Positions 55,888-64,000 of a stretch of DNA of 64,000 bases are shown piece by piece; the stretch's first letter is position 1; every line of letters starts with the position of its first letter. Origin of the DNA: Niveibacterium sp. (GTDB lineage: Bacteria; Pseudomonadota; Gammaproteobacteria; Burkholderiales; Rhodocyclaceae); NCBI GenBank assembly GCA_031554255.1, contig JAVBKC010000020.1, positions 2,120 to 66,119 of the forward strand. Reading direction: 5' to 3'. The position numbers and the translations under genes are program-made. A model generated the notes under the pieces. The model had not been told where the DNA came from. It saw only the letters and a list, made by a program, of their open reading frames with translations, and searched no databases.

Positions 55888-56199
55888 TCACGCTTTACCA
55901 TTGCGTACGCGCGCCTCGGCGGTACACTGGACGGCGCGAAAGCCTTGAGGGCGGCGAGAGCCGTCGTCGAAGTAGCGGCTGGGCCAGATTTCCTTCGGAT
56001 GTAGACCGAGGGCATCGGCGATGCGTTTCTCGCCTGCCGGATAACTGCGTACGAGCGCTACCGACAAGGTGGAGGTGCTGGTCAGACCGTGGGCTTTCGC
56101 GATGCCGGCGAGAGTGATGCCTGCCTTGTGAAGGGTCGCCTTGACGTCAGCCGGGTGCCAGTCTTCCTGACTGGCTTTTTTTGCTGCACGCTTTGCCAT
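55888..56199 (-). CDS. Ner/Nlp-family small DNA-binding protein
   Basis: WHPADVKATLHKAGITLAGIAKAHGLTSTSTLSVALVRSYPAGEKRIADALGLHPKEIWPSRY is very close to the phage Mu Ner / E. coli Nlp consensus. Confidence 0.8.
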   Translation of the reverse strand: MAKRAAKKASQEDWHPADVKATLHKAGITLAGIAKAHGLTSTSTLSVALVRSYPAGEKRIADALGLHPKEIWPSRYFDDGSRRPQGFRAVQCTAEARVRNGKA

Positions 56200-56419
56200 C
56201 TATCGCTTCTTTTTTTCGGATTGCGATAGGTGACATTAGATACCGCATTTGGAATGTCGTCAACCAAGTCGGCGCCCGTTTTTGGTTATACGCCTTTTGG
56301 CCAGGCAAAAAAACCTGCCTGATATGGGATTTTTGTTTTGACTCAATCAGATAGTGACGTGCGAGGCACGAGCGCACCACGCCCTTCCGTGTTCGCGCTT
56401 TCCAGTGGAGAAGTGCGAA

Positions 56420-56833
56420 ATGAATATCCCTGAGCGGATCAAGTCTGCAAGAGCTGCGCTTACCCTAAAGCAGGAAGAGGTAGTATCCATATCCGGCATC
56501 CCCTTGAGTACTTATCGAAAGTACGAAGGAGGCACCAGCGAACCTGGCGCACAAGCCATCGCAGGGCTCGTGCGCGCCGGCATCAATGCAAACTGGCTGC
56601 TAACCGGCGAAGGGCCGATGCTCTTGAAGGATCTAACGCCACCGGTGCCTTCGGCGCCACCCATCAACGTGCCGGCCCTCAAGGCGATTTTCTCGGGCGT
56701 CATGCACGTTCATGGCGGCCGGGCTTCGCCGGAACAAATCGCCGATATGGTCGTGGAGTTTTATAACCGGGCCATCAGCGAACAACTGATTACCTCAACC
56801 GGCGTGGGAGAAGGGGGTTCAAAAGCCGCATAG
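56420..56833 (+). CDS. XRE-family HTH protein (phage-repressor-like)
   Basis: Contains MNIPERIKSARAALTLKQEEVVSISGIPLSTYRKYEGG (HTH_XRE). SD ggag upstream. Divergent from the Ner-like gene. Confidence 0.75.
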   Translation: MNIPERIKSARAALTLKQEEVVSISGIPLSTYRKYEGGTSEPGAQAIAGLVRAGINANWLLTGEGPMLLKDLTPPVPSAPPINVPALKAIFSGVMHVHGGRASPEQIADMVVEFYNRAISEQLITSTGVGEGGSKAA

Positions 56834-57339
56834 CCGAGGTAGCTAGCACTTTTTTCTTTTTTATGCACGGAAAAACTGTGATAGTTCGTTCGTGTCAGAC
56901 AGGCGTCAACAGTTTTCCTGGCTGGAAGGACTCTCCATGTTTTGGGCGGTCCGCACGGACTTCGACTCTGTCCGTATTCAGCACAAAGCGCATCTACAGG
57001 CCATCGTCGGTACTGTAGTTGGCCTAGCTCGCTCGGAAACCGAAGCAGCCAACGACCCGCAAGTACCCCAAACGAACGAAAACCCACACGTCCACTGGCG
57101 TCCGGATTTTTGCCGGCGCTGTATGCTCGACGCCAAACCGCATGCGGAGTAATGGGCGCCTCGAAAAACCCCGGTTTCCAAGCGAAACAAGGCGCGAGCA
57201 AAAATTGCGACACAACATATGTTTGATATGTAAGGAGTAATTTTTTGCGAGCAGCACAGTATCGCGACGAAAGCGGACGTTTTTCGAGATACCCTAATGT
57301 TGTTCCAGTGCCCCCTCGCAAGCGCTCACAAGACAGCGT

Positions 57340-58800
57340 ATGGACACCCTGATCCATCTTTCAGGCTATTTCGCGCTCATCGCGCACGCGGCGATCTTTA
57401 TCGGGCTTTGCCTGCGCGTATTGATGCAACGCCATCCACCGGGCACTTCGCTTGCATGGATGCTGCTCGCGCTCGCTCTGCCTTATGTCGGCGCCGGCTT
57501 GTATCTTTTGATCGGCGAACGGCCGCTCGGCCGCCGCCGCGGCAAACGCGCGCGGGAGCTTTTGCCGCTGCTCGACGATTGGGTCCGCCGGTTGCCAAGG
57601 CAAAGCGACGCAGCCGACGCCAGTGCGCATCGCTGGCGTCCGATCCAGCGGACATCGATGGCCGCTACCGGCCTGCCTTCGCAGATCGGCAACCGGCTTG
57701 CGCTGGCCTCCGACAGCGGTGCGATCCTGCGGCAAATCGGCGACGACATTCAGGCCGCCACGCATACGGTGCTGATGGAGTTTTACATCTGGTATCCGGG
57801 CGGCGCGGCCGACGTAGTGGCCGAGGCTTTGATAGCCGCCGCGCAACGCGGCGTGAGCTGCTGCGTGCTACTCGACGCCACGGGCAGCCGGGAGTTTTTC
57901 AAGAGCCGCTGGCCCGCGCGCATGCGCACGGCTGGCGTCAGGCTCGTATCCGCCCTGCCCGTCGGTCTTTTGCGCGCGGCTTTCGTCAGATTCGACCTGC
58001 GCCTGCATCGCAAGCTCGTAATCGTCGACGGACGCATCGCCTGGACTGGCAGCCTCAACCTCGTCGATCCGCGTTTTTTCAAACAGCATGCCGGTGTCGG
58101 CGAATGGGTGGACGCGATGAGCCGAATCGAAGGCCCTGTCGTCGCGACGCTGGCAGGCGTTTTTCTGTGGGATTGGTGCGTCGAAACCGGCATGCGGCCG
58201 GAGAGCATCGCGCCCGGACTGCTAGCCGCGATGAGTCCGCCGCTGACCGATGCAGGCGAAATTCAGGTGCTGCCGTCCGGCCCCGGTTTCGAAGGCGATG
58301 GCGCACACCGGCTGCTGCTCGCCGCCTTTTATGTCGCGCAACAGGAAATCGTGCTGACTACGCCCTACTTCGTCCCCGACGAGCCGCTGGCGCTCGCCAT
58401 CGAAGCCGCCGCGCTACGCGGCGTGAAAGTCGTCGTCGTTCTGCCGGAGCGCGTCGACTCCATGCTCGTGCGTTATGCCAGTCGCTCGCTCTTCGACCGC
58501 CTGCTTGCCGCCGGCGTATGCATCGAACAATTTAGCGGCGGCCTGCTGCACACCAAGAGCGTCGTCGTCGATCGCAGCCTCGCGCTATTTGGCACGACGA
58601 ATCTCGACATCCGCAGCCTGCGGCTCAACTTCGAACTCACGCTCGTCGTCTACGACATTGCCTTCGCCGAACAACTGCACGCACTGCAAGAACAATACCG
58701 GCTCAGTGCGCAACCGCTGGACGCCGCGCGATGGAGCCGCCGTGGGCGCGCGACGCGTCTGGCGGAAAACCTGGCCCGGCTCGTGAGCCCCTTGCTCTGA
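57340..58800 (+). CDS. cls: Cardiolipin synthase (PLD superfamily)
   Basis: Two N-terminal TM segments and two HKD motifs: LHRKLVIVDGRIAWTGSLNLVD and LHTKSVVVDRSLALFGTTNLDIRS. Confidence 0.93.
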   Translation: MDTLIHLSGYFALIAHAAIFIGLCLRVLMQRHPPGTSLAWMLLALALPYVGAGLYLLIGERPLGRRRGKRARELLPLLDDWVRRLPRQSDAADASAHRWRPIQRTSMAATGLPSQIGNRLALASDSGAILRQIGDDIQAATHTVLMEFYIWYPGGAADVVAEALIAAAQRGVSCCVLLDATGSREFFKSRWPARMRTAGVRLVSALPVGLLRAAFVRFDLRLHRKLVIVDGRIAWTGSLNLVDPRFFKQHAGVGEWVDAMSRIEGPVVATLAGVFLWDWCVETGMRPESIAPGLLAAMSPPLTDAGEIQVLPSGPGFEGDGAHRLLLAAFYVAQQEIVLTTPYFVPDEPLALAIEAAALRGVKVVVVLPERVDSMLVRYASRSLFDRLLAAGVCIEQFSGGLLHTKSVVVDRSLALFGTTNLDIRSLRLNFELTLVVYDIAFAEQLHALQEQYRLSAQPLDAARWSRRGRATRLAENLARLVSPLL

Positions 58801-58889
58801 TCAATCGCCGGCAATATCGATCAGGATCCGAAACGCATTACTGTGACATCGTTAGGGAACGAAGTCGGCCGCGTGCCAAAGGAGCCAAG

Positions 58890-60578
58890 ATGTCCCGCAA
58901 GAATTTTGTCAGCATTTTCCCGCGCCTGATCCCGCTCGCACTAGTCGCCGCGCTCGCCTCTTGCGGCGGCGGTGGTGGTAGCGCCCCCGTCAGCCCACCG
59001 CCGGATTCGACGCTCAAAATCACGAGCCTTGCCGGCACAACCGAAAACCGGCTCGCCTGTAACAAAGGCGCGCCGGCCACTGCGTGCGGCCTGCGGATCT
59101 ACCAGATCATGACCGAAGCGTTCATCGACGGCGACGCGAGCGAAAACTACAACACCGGTTACGGCACCAGCCATCACAGGGGCGATCTACCGGGCATCAT
59201 TGCATCGCTCGACTATATCAAGGGCCTCGGCGTTAATGCGATCTGGCTGACGCCGGTATTCGCCTCGAATGCAATCACCGGCCAGGATCAATGGACCGAC
59301 CGGCTCGATGCAACCGGCTACTACGCGACCGACTATTTCAAGATCGATCCGAAATTCGGCACGCTCGCCCAGGCGAAAACGCTCGTCGATGAAGCGCACA
59401 AACGCGGCCTTTATGTATTTTTCGACGGCGTGTTCGGCCATCACAAGAGCAATCTCGTCGCCTCGCCAAGCGGCAAGTTGCCCAAGACACTGGGGAGCTG
59501 TTCGGGCAACACCTACCAAATCTGCGACGACTACAGCAACGCAGCCACGCTCGCCTTCTACCAGGAGGTCGCGAGCTACTGGACTCATACGCTTGGCATC
59601 GACGGCTGGCGTCTCGATCAGGCCTACCAAGTCCCGCCCTCGGCCTGGGCGGCGCTGCGCAATACGATAGAGGGCGCATCGGCGGCGGTCAGTTACACCG
59701 ACGCAAACGGCGCCAGCGTGCATCCGCTCGGTTACATGGTGGCTGAAGTCTGGAGCGACGAAAACACGATTGCGAGCGCCGCCTACGGCAGCAGCGCAGC
59801 GCCGGCGCTCGCCTCGGCTTTCGATTTTCCGGGCCGCTACCGACTCGTGCAAACCTTGGCGGTCGAGGAAAGCGGCGTCGGCAACAAGCCCGCAACGACG
59901 CTCAAGGAAGTATTCAGCACGCATGACGCCTACCCGGATCATGCAATGCCGAACCTGATGCTCGGCAATCATGACCTCGTGCGTTTCGGCGATCTCATTC
60001 AGCGCGGTCATTTCGCCAACCCGGAGCAGACCGACTACTGGAACCGCCATAAGGCCGCCTTCGCTTTCATGGCCGCATACAGCGGGCCGATCACGATCTA
60101 TTACGGCGACGAAACCGGCCAGGAAGTACCGGGCTTCGCGGCTCAGGTCGCATCGAACACCTGCGCCGCGCAGGGCCTCTGCGACGATCATGTCGCGCGC
60201 ACGAGCGGTGTCGTGGAAGGCGTGCCGACGACTGTGGGCGCTACGCCCAGCGTGCTGAACGCGCAGCAGGCAGAACTGAAAAACTACCTTGCCACGTTGA
60301 TGAAGCTGCGCGACGCGCATCCGGCGCTTGCGAGCGGCAGCCGCACGCATGTCTATTCGGATGCGACGCTCTATCTCGACAAAAAGGAGGCCGGCAGCGA
60401 TCACGTGCTGCTCGTGCTGAACACCGGCGGCAGCGAGGCCAAGCTCGCCATCGCGACCAGCGTACTCGGCAGCGCGGGCGGCCTTGTCGATCTGGTTTCC
60501 AGCGCGGCAATCGCCGCGGCGGATAACCAATACAGCCTAAGCGTACCGGCCCGTTCGGCCCGCTTGCTGCAATACTGA
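58890..60578 (+). CDS. GH13 alpha-amylase-family lipoprotein
   Basis: Lipobox LVAALASCGG, then GDLPGIIASLDYIKGLGVNAIWLTPVF, YVFFDGVFGHH, GIDGWRLDQA and MVAEVW, the GH13 conserved regions. SD aaaggag. Confidence 0.88.
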   Translation: MSRKNFVSIFPRLIPLALVAALASCGGGGGSAPVSPPPDSTLKITSLAGTTENRLACNKGAPATACGLRIYQIMTEAFIDGDASENYNTGYGTSHHRGDLPGIIASLDYIKGLGVNAIWLTPVFASNAITGQDQWTDRLDATGYYATDYFKIDPKFGTLAQAKTLVDEAHKRGLYVFFDGVFGHHKSNLVASPSGKLPKTLGSCSGNTYQICDDYSNAATLAFYQEVASYWTHTLGIDGWRLDQAYQVPPSAWAALRNTIEGASAAVSYTDANGASVHPLGYMVAEVWSDENTIASAAYGSSAAPALASAFDFPGRYRLVQTLAVEESGVGNKPATTLKEVFSTHDAYPDHAMPNLMLGNHDLVRFGDLIQRGHFANPEQTDYWNRHKAAFAFMAAYSGPITIYYGDETGQEVPGFAAQVASNTCAAQGLCDDHVARTSGVVEGVPTTVGATPSVLNAQQAELKNYLATLMKLRDAHPALASGSRTHVYSDATLYLDKKEAGSDHVLLVLNTGGSEAKLAIATSVLGSAGGLVDLVSSAAIAAADNQYSLSVPARSARLLQY

Positions 60579-60629
60579 GAGCGTTGCGCGCCATGTCCAA
60601 ATAGCGCGCAACGCGACTAACGACGAGGC

Positions 60630-61928
<1,299 letters not shown>

Positions 61929-62027
61929 ATGGATTCTCCCGGTGCATCGGATCGAAAACCGTCGCAGCCCACTGCCGTGGCGGTCAAGGTGTGGGAGAAG
62001 TATAGGGAAGCGCTCAATCAGTAGCAA

Positions 62028-62047
62028 TATATCTTATATAAGATATA
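62028..62047. promoter_or_regulatory. 20-bp perfect palindrome in the AT-rich aceA upstream region (candidate operator)
   Basis: TATATCTTAT|ATAAGATATA, checked base by base. It lies about 100 nt upstream of the aceA start codon. Confidence 0.5.
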
Positions 62048-62166
62048 AGAAATTTATTAAACTTATAAATCAATAGCTTGCAGATTTATTTTTGCACTAT
62101 GAAATGAAGTTTCGGGCAAAGGAAGCCTGAAGCTGCGACTGCGCTGCCGCAAGGGGTGGCCAGCCC

Positions 62167-62718
62167 TCAGGCGCGCCCGACGAAAGCGAGTTTTTGCAGC
62201 ACGGCGAGGCGCTGAACGCCCTCGGTGACATGACGACAGGACAATGTGGCGCCGGAGATATTCTTGATCGCTTCGCCAAAGCGCATCTGTTCCGCGCCCT
62301 TGCGGCCGATAAATTGCTTGCGCCAGGCCGGGAAACGGATTTCCTGGCCGTGCGATTCGCGGTAGGCGAGCACTTCGACAGCGAGGATTTCGCCGCCCGG
62401 TGCAAAACCGACCGCGTAGGTGATCAGCTCGTATTTGCCTATCGTTTCGTCGAGCATGACCTGACCGAGCAGCTTGCCGCCCGCATCCTTCGCCAGCCAG
62501 GCGCGCACCGGCCGCGCGCGCTGGGCGCTGCCTAGCGCCTGCTCGACGGCCTGGTTCTGCGCAGCATCGGGCGCAAAGCTTGCGTCCTCGAAGCTTGCGG
62601 CCTGCGAAAATAGCGCTTTCTGCGCCTCCTCGATCGAAAGGTAGGTCGAAGCAGCTGCCGGCAGCACGATGGCTGCCGGCGTCAGCGCAAGCGCAACAAG
62701 TACCCAGCGGCGCTTCAT
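62167..62718 (-). CDS. Exported FMN-binding-domain protein
   Basis: Signal peptide MKRRWVLVALALTPAAIVLPAAAS. C-terminus FIGRKGAEQMRFGEAIKNISGATLSCRHVTEGV resembles the FMN_bind (NosR/RnfG-type, flavinylated Thr/Ser) motif. Confidence 0.65.
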   Translation of the reverse strand: MKRRWVLVALALTPAAIVLPAAASTYLSIEEAQKALFSQAASFEDASFAPDAAQNQAVEQALGSAQRARPVRAWLAKDAGGKLLGQVMLDETIGKYELITYAVGFAPGGEILAVEVLAYRESHGQEIRFPAWRKQFIGRKGAEQMRFGEAIKNISGATLSCRHVTEGVQRLAVLQKLAFVGRA

Positions 62719-64000
62719 TAGTAGGCAAAACCCATGCCGAGGTTGATTGCGTTGCGATTGCTGTCCTCGCGGAACCACTGATAGTCGGCCTTGAGCACGA
62801 CCTGCGGATGGAGCTTGAACGAGACACCGGTCGTGACGACCTTTTCAGTCGGCAGGCCGCTGTAGCCATAAGGAATCAGCACATCGTCATAGGAGCGCGC
62901 GGTGTTGTATTCCTCGTAGCGAGCAAACGGATACAGTGAGTAATTGCCCGACTCCCACAGCTTATAAGCCGCCTGCATATACCAGCCACTGAAACGCTTG
63001 GGCACCGGGTACGGGTTGCCGACAAGCGTCAGGTTGAGCGCTTCGGTATTCGAGAAGCGTCCCTCGGCATAAAGCGCAGAAAGATCCCAGTTGCCAGGCA
63101 TCCAGCGCGTATGGACTTCAGCGAGCATCATTCTGGCATCGGGCGAGGGAGCGTCAGGCTGTTTCTGGCCCACCTTACTGGCGAAGATACCGCCGCCGAT
63201 GTTCAGGCCAGGAATGCCATTCCAGTTCAATGCGCCGTAGAGCGCGAGATTCGCAGCCTTGGCGTCCGCGCCCTCCTGGTGGGTCGCGCCTAGCGGCGAT
63301 TCGATCGCTTCCGTGCTGGTTGCGTCCCACTTGGAAAGAGCGAAGCTCGTTGTGACGCCGGCGTCCCAACGCAGGCCGAACTCGGTGTTGCCGGTCAGGC
63401 CGATGCCGATTTCGCGCCAGGTCGTCGGGATGATTGCGGTTTCGACGAAGTTACGGTTTACGCCGTAGTAATTCACCGGCTCGTGATTTTCGTTGAGCAG
63501 CCCCAGCGGCATCAGATACAGGCCGACCTTGGCAGCAAGGTTGTCGCTCAAGCGATGCTCGATATACATCTGCTCGACTTCGACCTCGCCTGGATCGTCG
63601 GCCGAGGAAACGGCGCGCTCGACTTCGAGTTCGGTCACGACCTTGGTTTTGTCGGAGAAGGCGTAACCGGCGCCGAGCACGAAACGGCCGACGGTCGCGG
63701 TCGCCTGACTGGCAGCCTGGGGCCGGCTATAGCTGGCCTCGCCATAGCCGAACAGACTCAGGCCATTGCCGCGCTCCTGCGTGGCAGCTGCCGTAGCGAC
63801 GGGAGCCTGCTGTGTCGTGGCCGCCGGCGTACCGGCAATGGCGACAGCGCCCGGTGTAGCCGCAGGCGCCGCCGGCGCGGCGACGACGGCCGGTGCTACG
63901 ACGCCTTGTTTCTTCAAAGCTGCAACTTCATCGCGCAAGCGCTGGATTTCAGCCTTCATGGCCTGCATTTCGGCACGCCAGTCGTCCTGCGCATAGGCCG
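62718..64000 (-). CDS. Putative outer-membrane beta-barrel (porin-like) protein with an N-terminal coiled coil; N-terminus lies beyond the right edge
   Basis: Coiled coil (AYAQDDWRAEMQAMKAEIQRLRDEVAALKKQ), an Ala/Pro linker, then alternating beta-strand pattern ending ...AINLGMGFAY (aromatic C-terminal residue). The reading frame stays open to nt 64000. Confidence 0.7.
   Translation of the reverse strand, partial: AYAQDDWRAEMQAMKAEIQRLRDEVAALKKQGVVAPAVVAAPAAPAATPGAVAIAGTPAATTQQAPVATAAATQERGNGLSLFGYGEASYSRPQAASQATATVGRFVLGAGYAFSDKTKVVTELEVERAVSSADDPGEVEVEQMYIEHRLSDNLAAKVGLYLMPLGLLNENHEPVNYYGVNRNFVETAIIPTTWREIGIGLTGNTEFGLRWDAGVTTSFALSKWDATSTEAIESPLGATHQEGADAKAANLALYGALNWNGIPGLNIGGGIFASKVGQKQPDAPSPDARMMLAEVHTRWMPGNWDLSALYAEGRFSNTEALNLTLVGNPYPVPKRFSGWYMQAAYKLWESGNYSLYPFARYEEYNTARSYDDVLIPYGYSGLPTEKVVTTGVSFKLHPQVVLKADYQWFREDSNRNAINLGMGFAY

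Noticed and set aside
56892-57152. 86-aa ORF downstream of the XRE gene
   Set aside because: It has no SD or motif, and several alternative overlapping ORFs lie on both strands of this AT-richer stretch. It is not supportable.
55569-58000. Search for an att-type direct repeat of the tRNA-Phe 3' end and for an integrase
   Set aside because: I found no copy of ggttcgattccgcc or a longer tRNA 3' segment by eye, and no tyrosine- or serine-recombinase-like ORF. A bounded genomic island therefore cannot be claimed.
59187-60530. 447-aa minus-strand ORF
   Set aside because: It is antisense to the GH13 lipoprotein gene, which has all the conserved GH13 regions. No motifs are present.

Overview
This is a 64-kb stretch of a high-GC chromosome. 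Gene content and order look betaproteobacterial, Burkholderiales-like (for example gloB / methyltransferase-rnhA-dnaQ, ubiC-ubiA-ubiD, radA-alr-lysR/lplT); that placement is an inference, since no search was possible. All protein calls rest on motifs I recognise in the supplied translations or in my own translation. Start codons are best guesses.

Most of the window is ordinary core genome:
- Housekeeping genes: ubiquinone biosynthesis (ubiD partial, ubiA, ubiC), diaA-like SIS protein plus BON lipoprotein, bfd-bfr, mutS, dnaQ, rnhA, gloB, mltD, tpiA, radA, alr, lplT, family-4 UDG-rimI-tsaB, an aromatic/aspartate aminotransferase, cls and a GH13 lipoprotein.
- A complete type IV pilus minor-pilin operon: fimT-pilV-pilW-pilX-pilY1-pilE.
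- Scattered acetate and glyoxylate-shunt genes: aceB, yjcH-actP, aceA.
- An OmpR/HK two-component pair next to an MHS transporter.
- Two GGDEF proteins.
- A metallophosphoesterase plus Ser/Thr-kinase-Usp pair.
- One tRNA-Phe(GAA).

I saw no rRNA, CRISPR array, transposase or integrase.

The accessory content sits in three short AT-richer islets:
1. 26.8-28.9 kb: a stand-alone Gly-zipper, pore-former-like protein followed by a protein built from two fused tandem copies of an unknown ~160-aa domain. This is my top candidate for an undescribed toxin/immunity-type module.
2. 42.0-43.2 kb: a signal-less glucosaminidase-like protein translationally coupled to a small exported protein, resembling an orphan peptidoglycan-hydrolase effector/immunity pair.
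3. 55.6-57.3 kb, beside tRNA-Phe: a divergent Ner-like / XRE switch with no integrase.

Other items worth a second look:
- A 1082-aa orphan membrane protein (9428-12676).
- A minimal LapA-like type I secretion substrate that has only a retention module and a C-terminal secretion domain.
- A GGDEF protein with a degenerate active site but an intact I-site.
- A GGDEF response regulator with a degenerate receiver.
- A TonB-C-like gene coupled to pilE.
- A 20-bp perfect palindrome upstream of aceA.
- A 35-nt motif present twice upstream of envelope genes.

Many long ORFs in the six-frame track are antisense shadows typical of high-GC DNA and were rejected.
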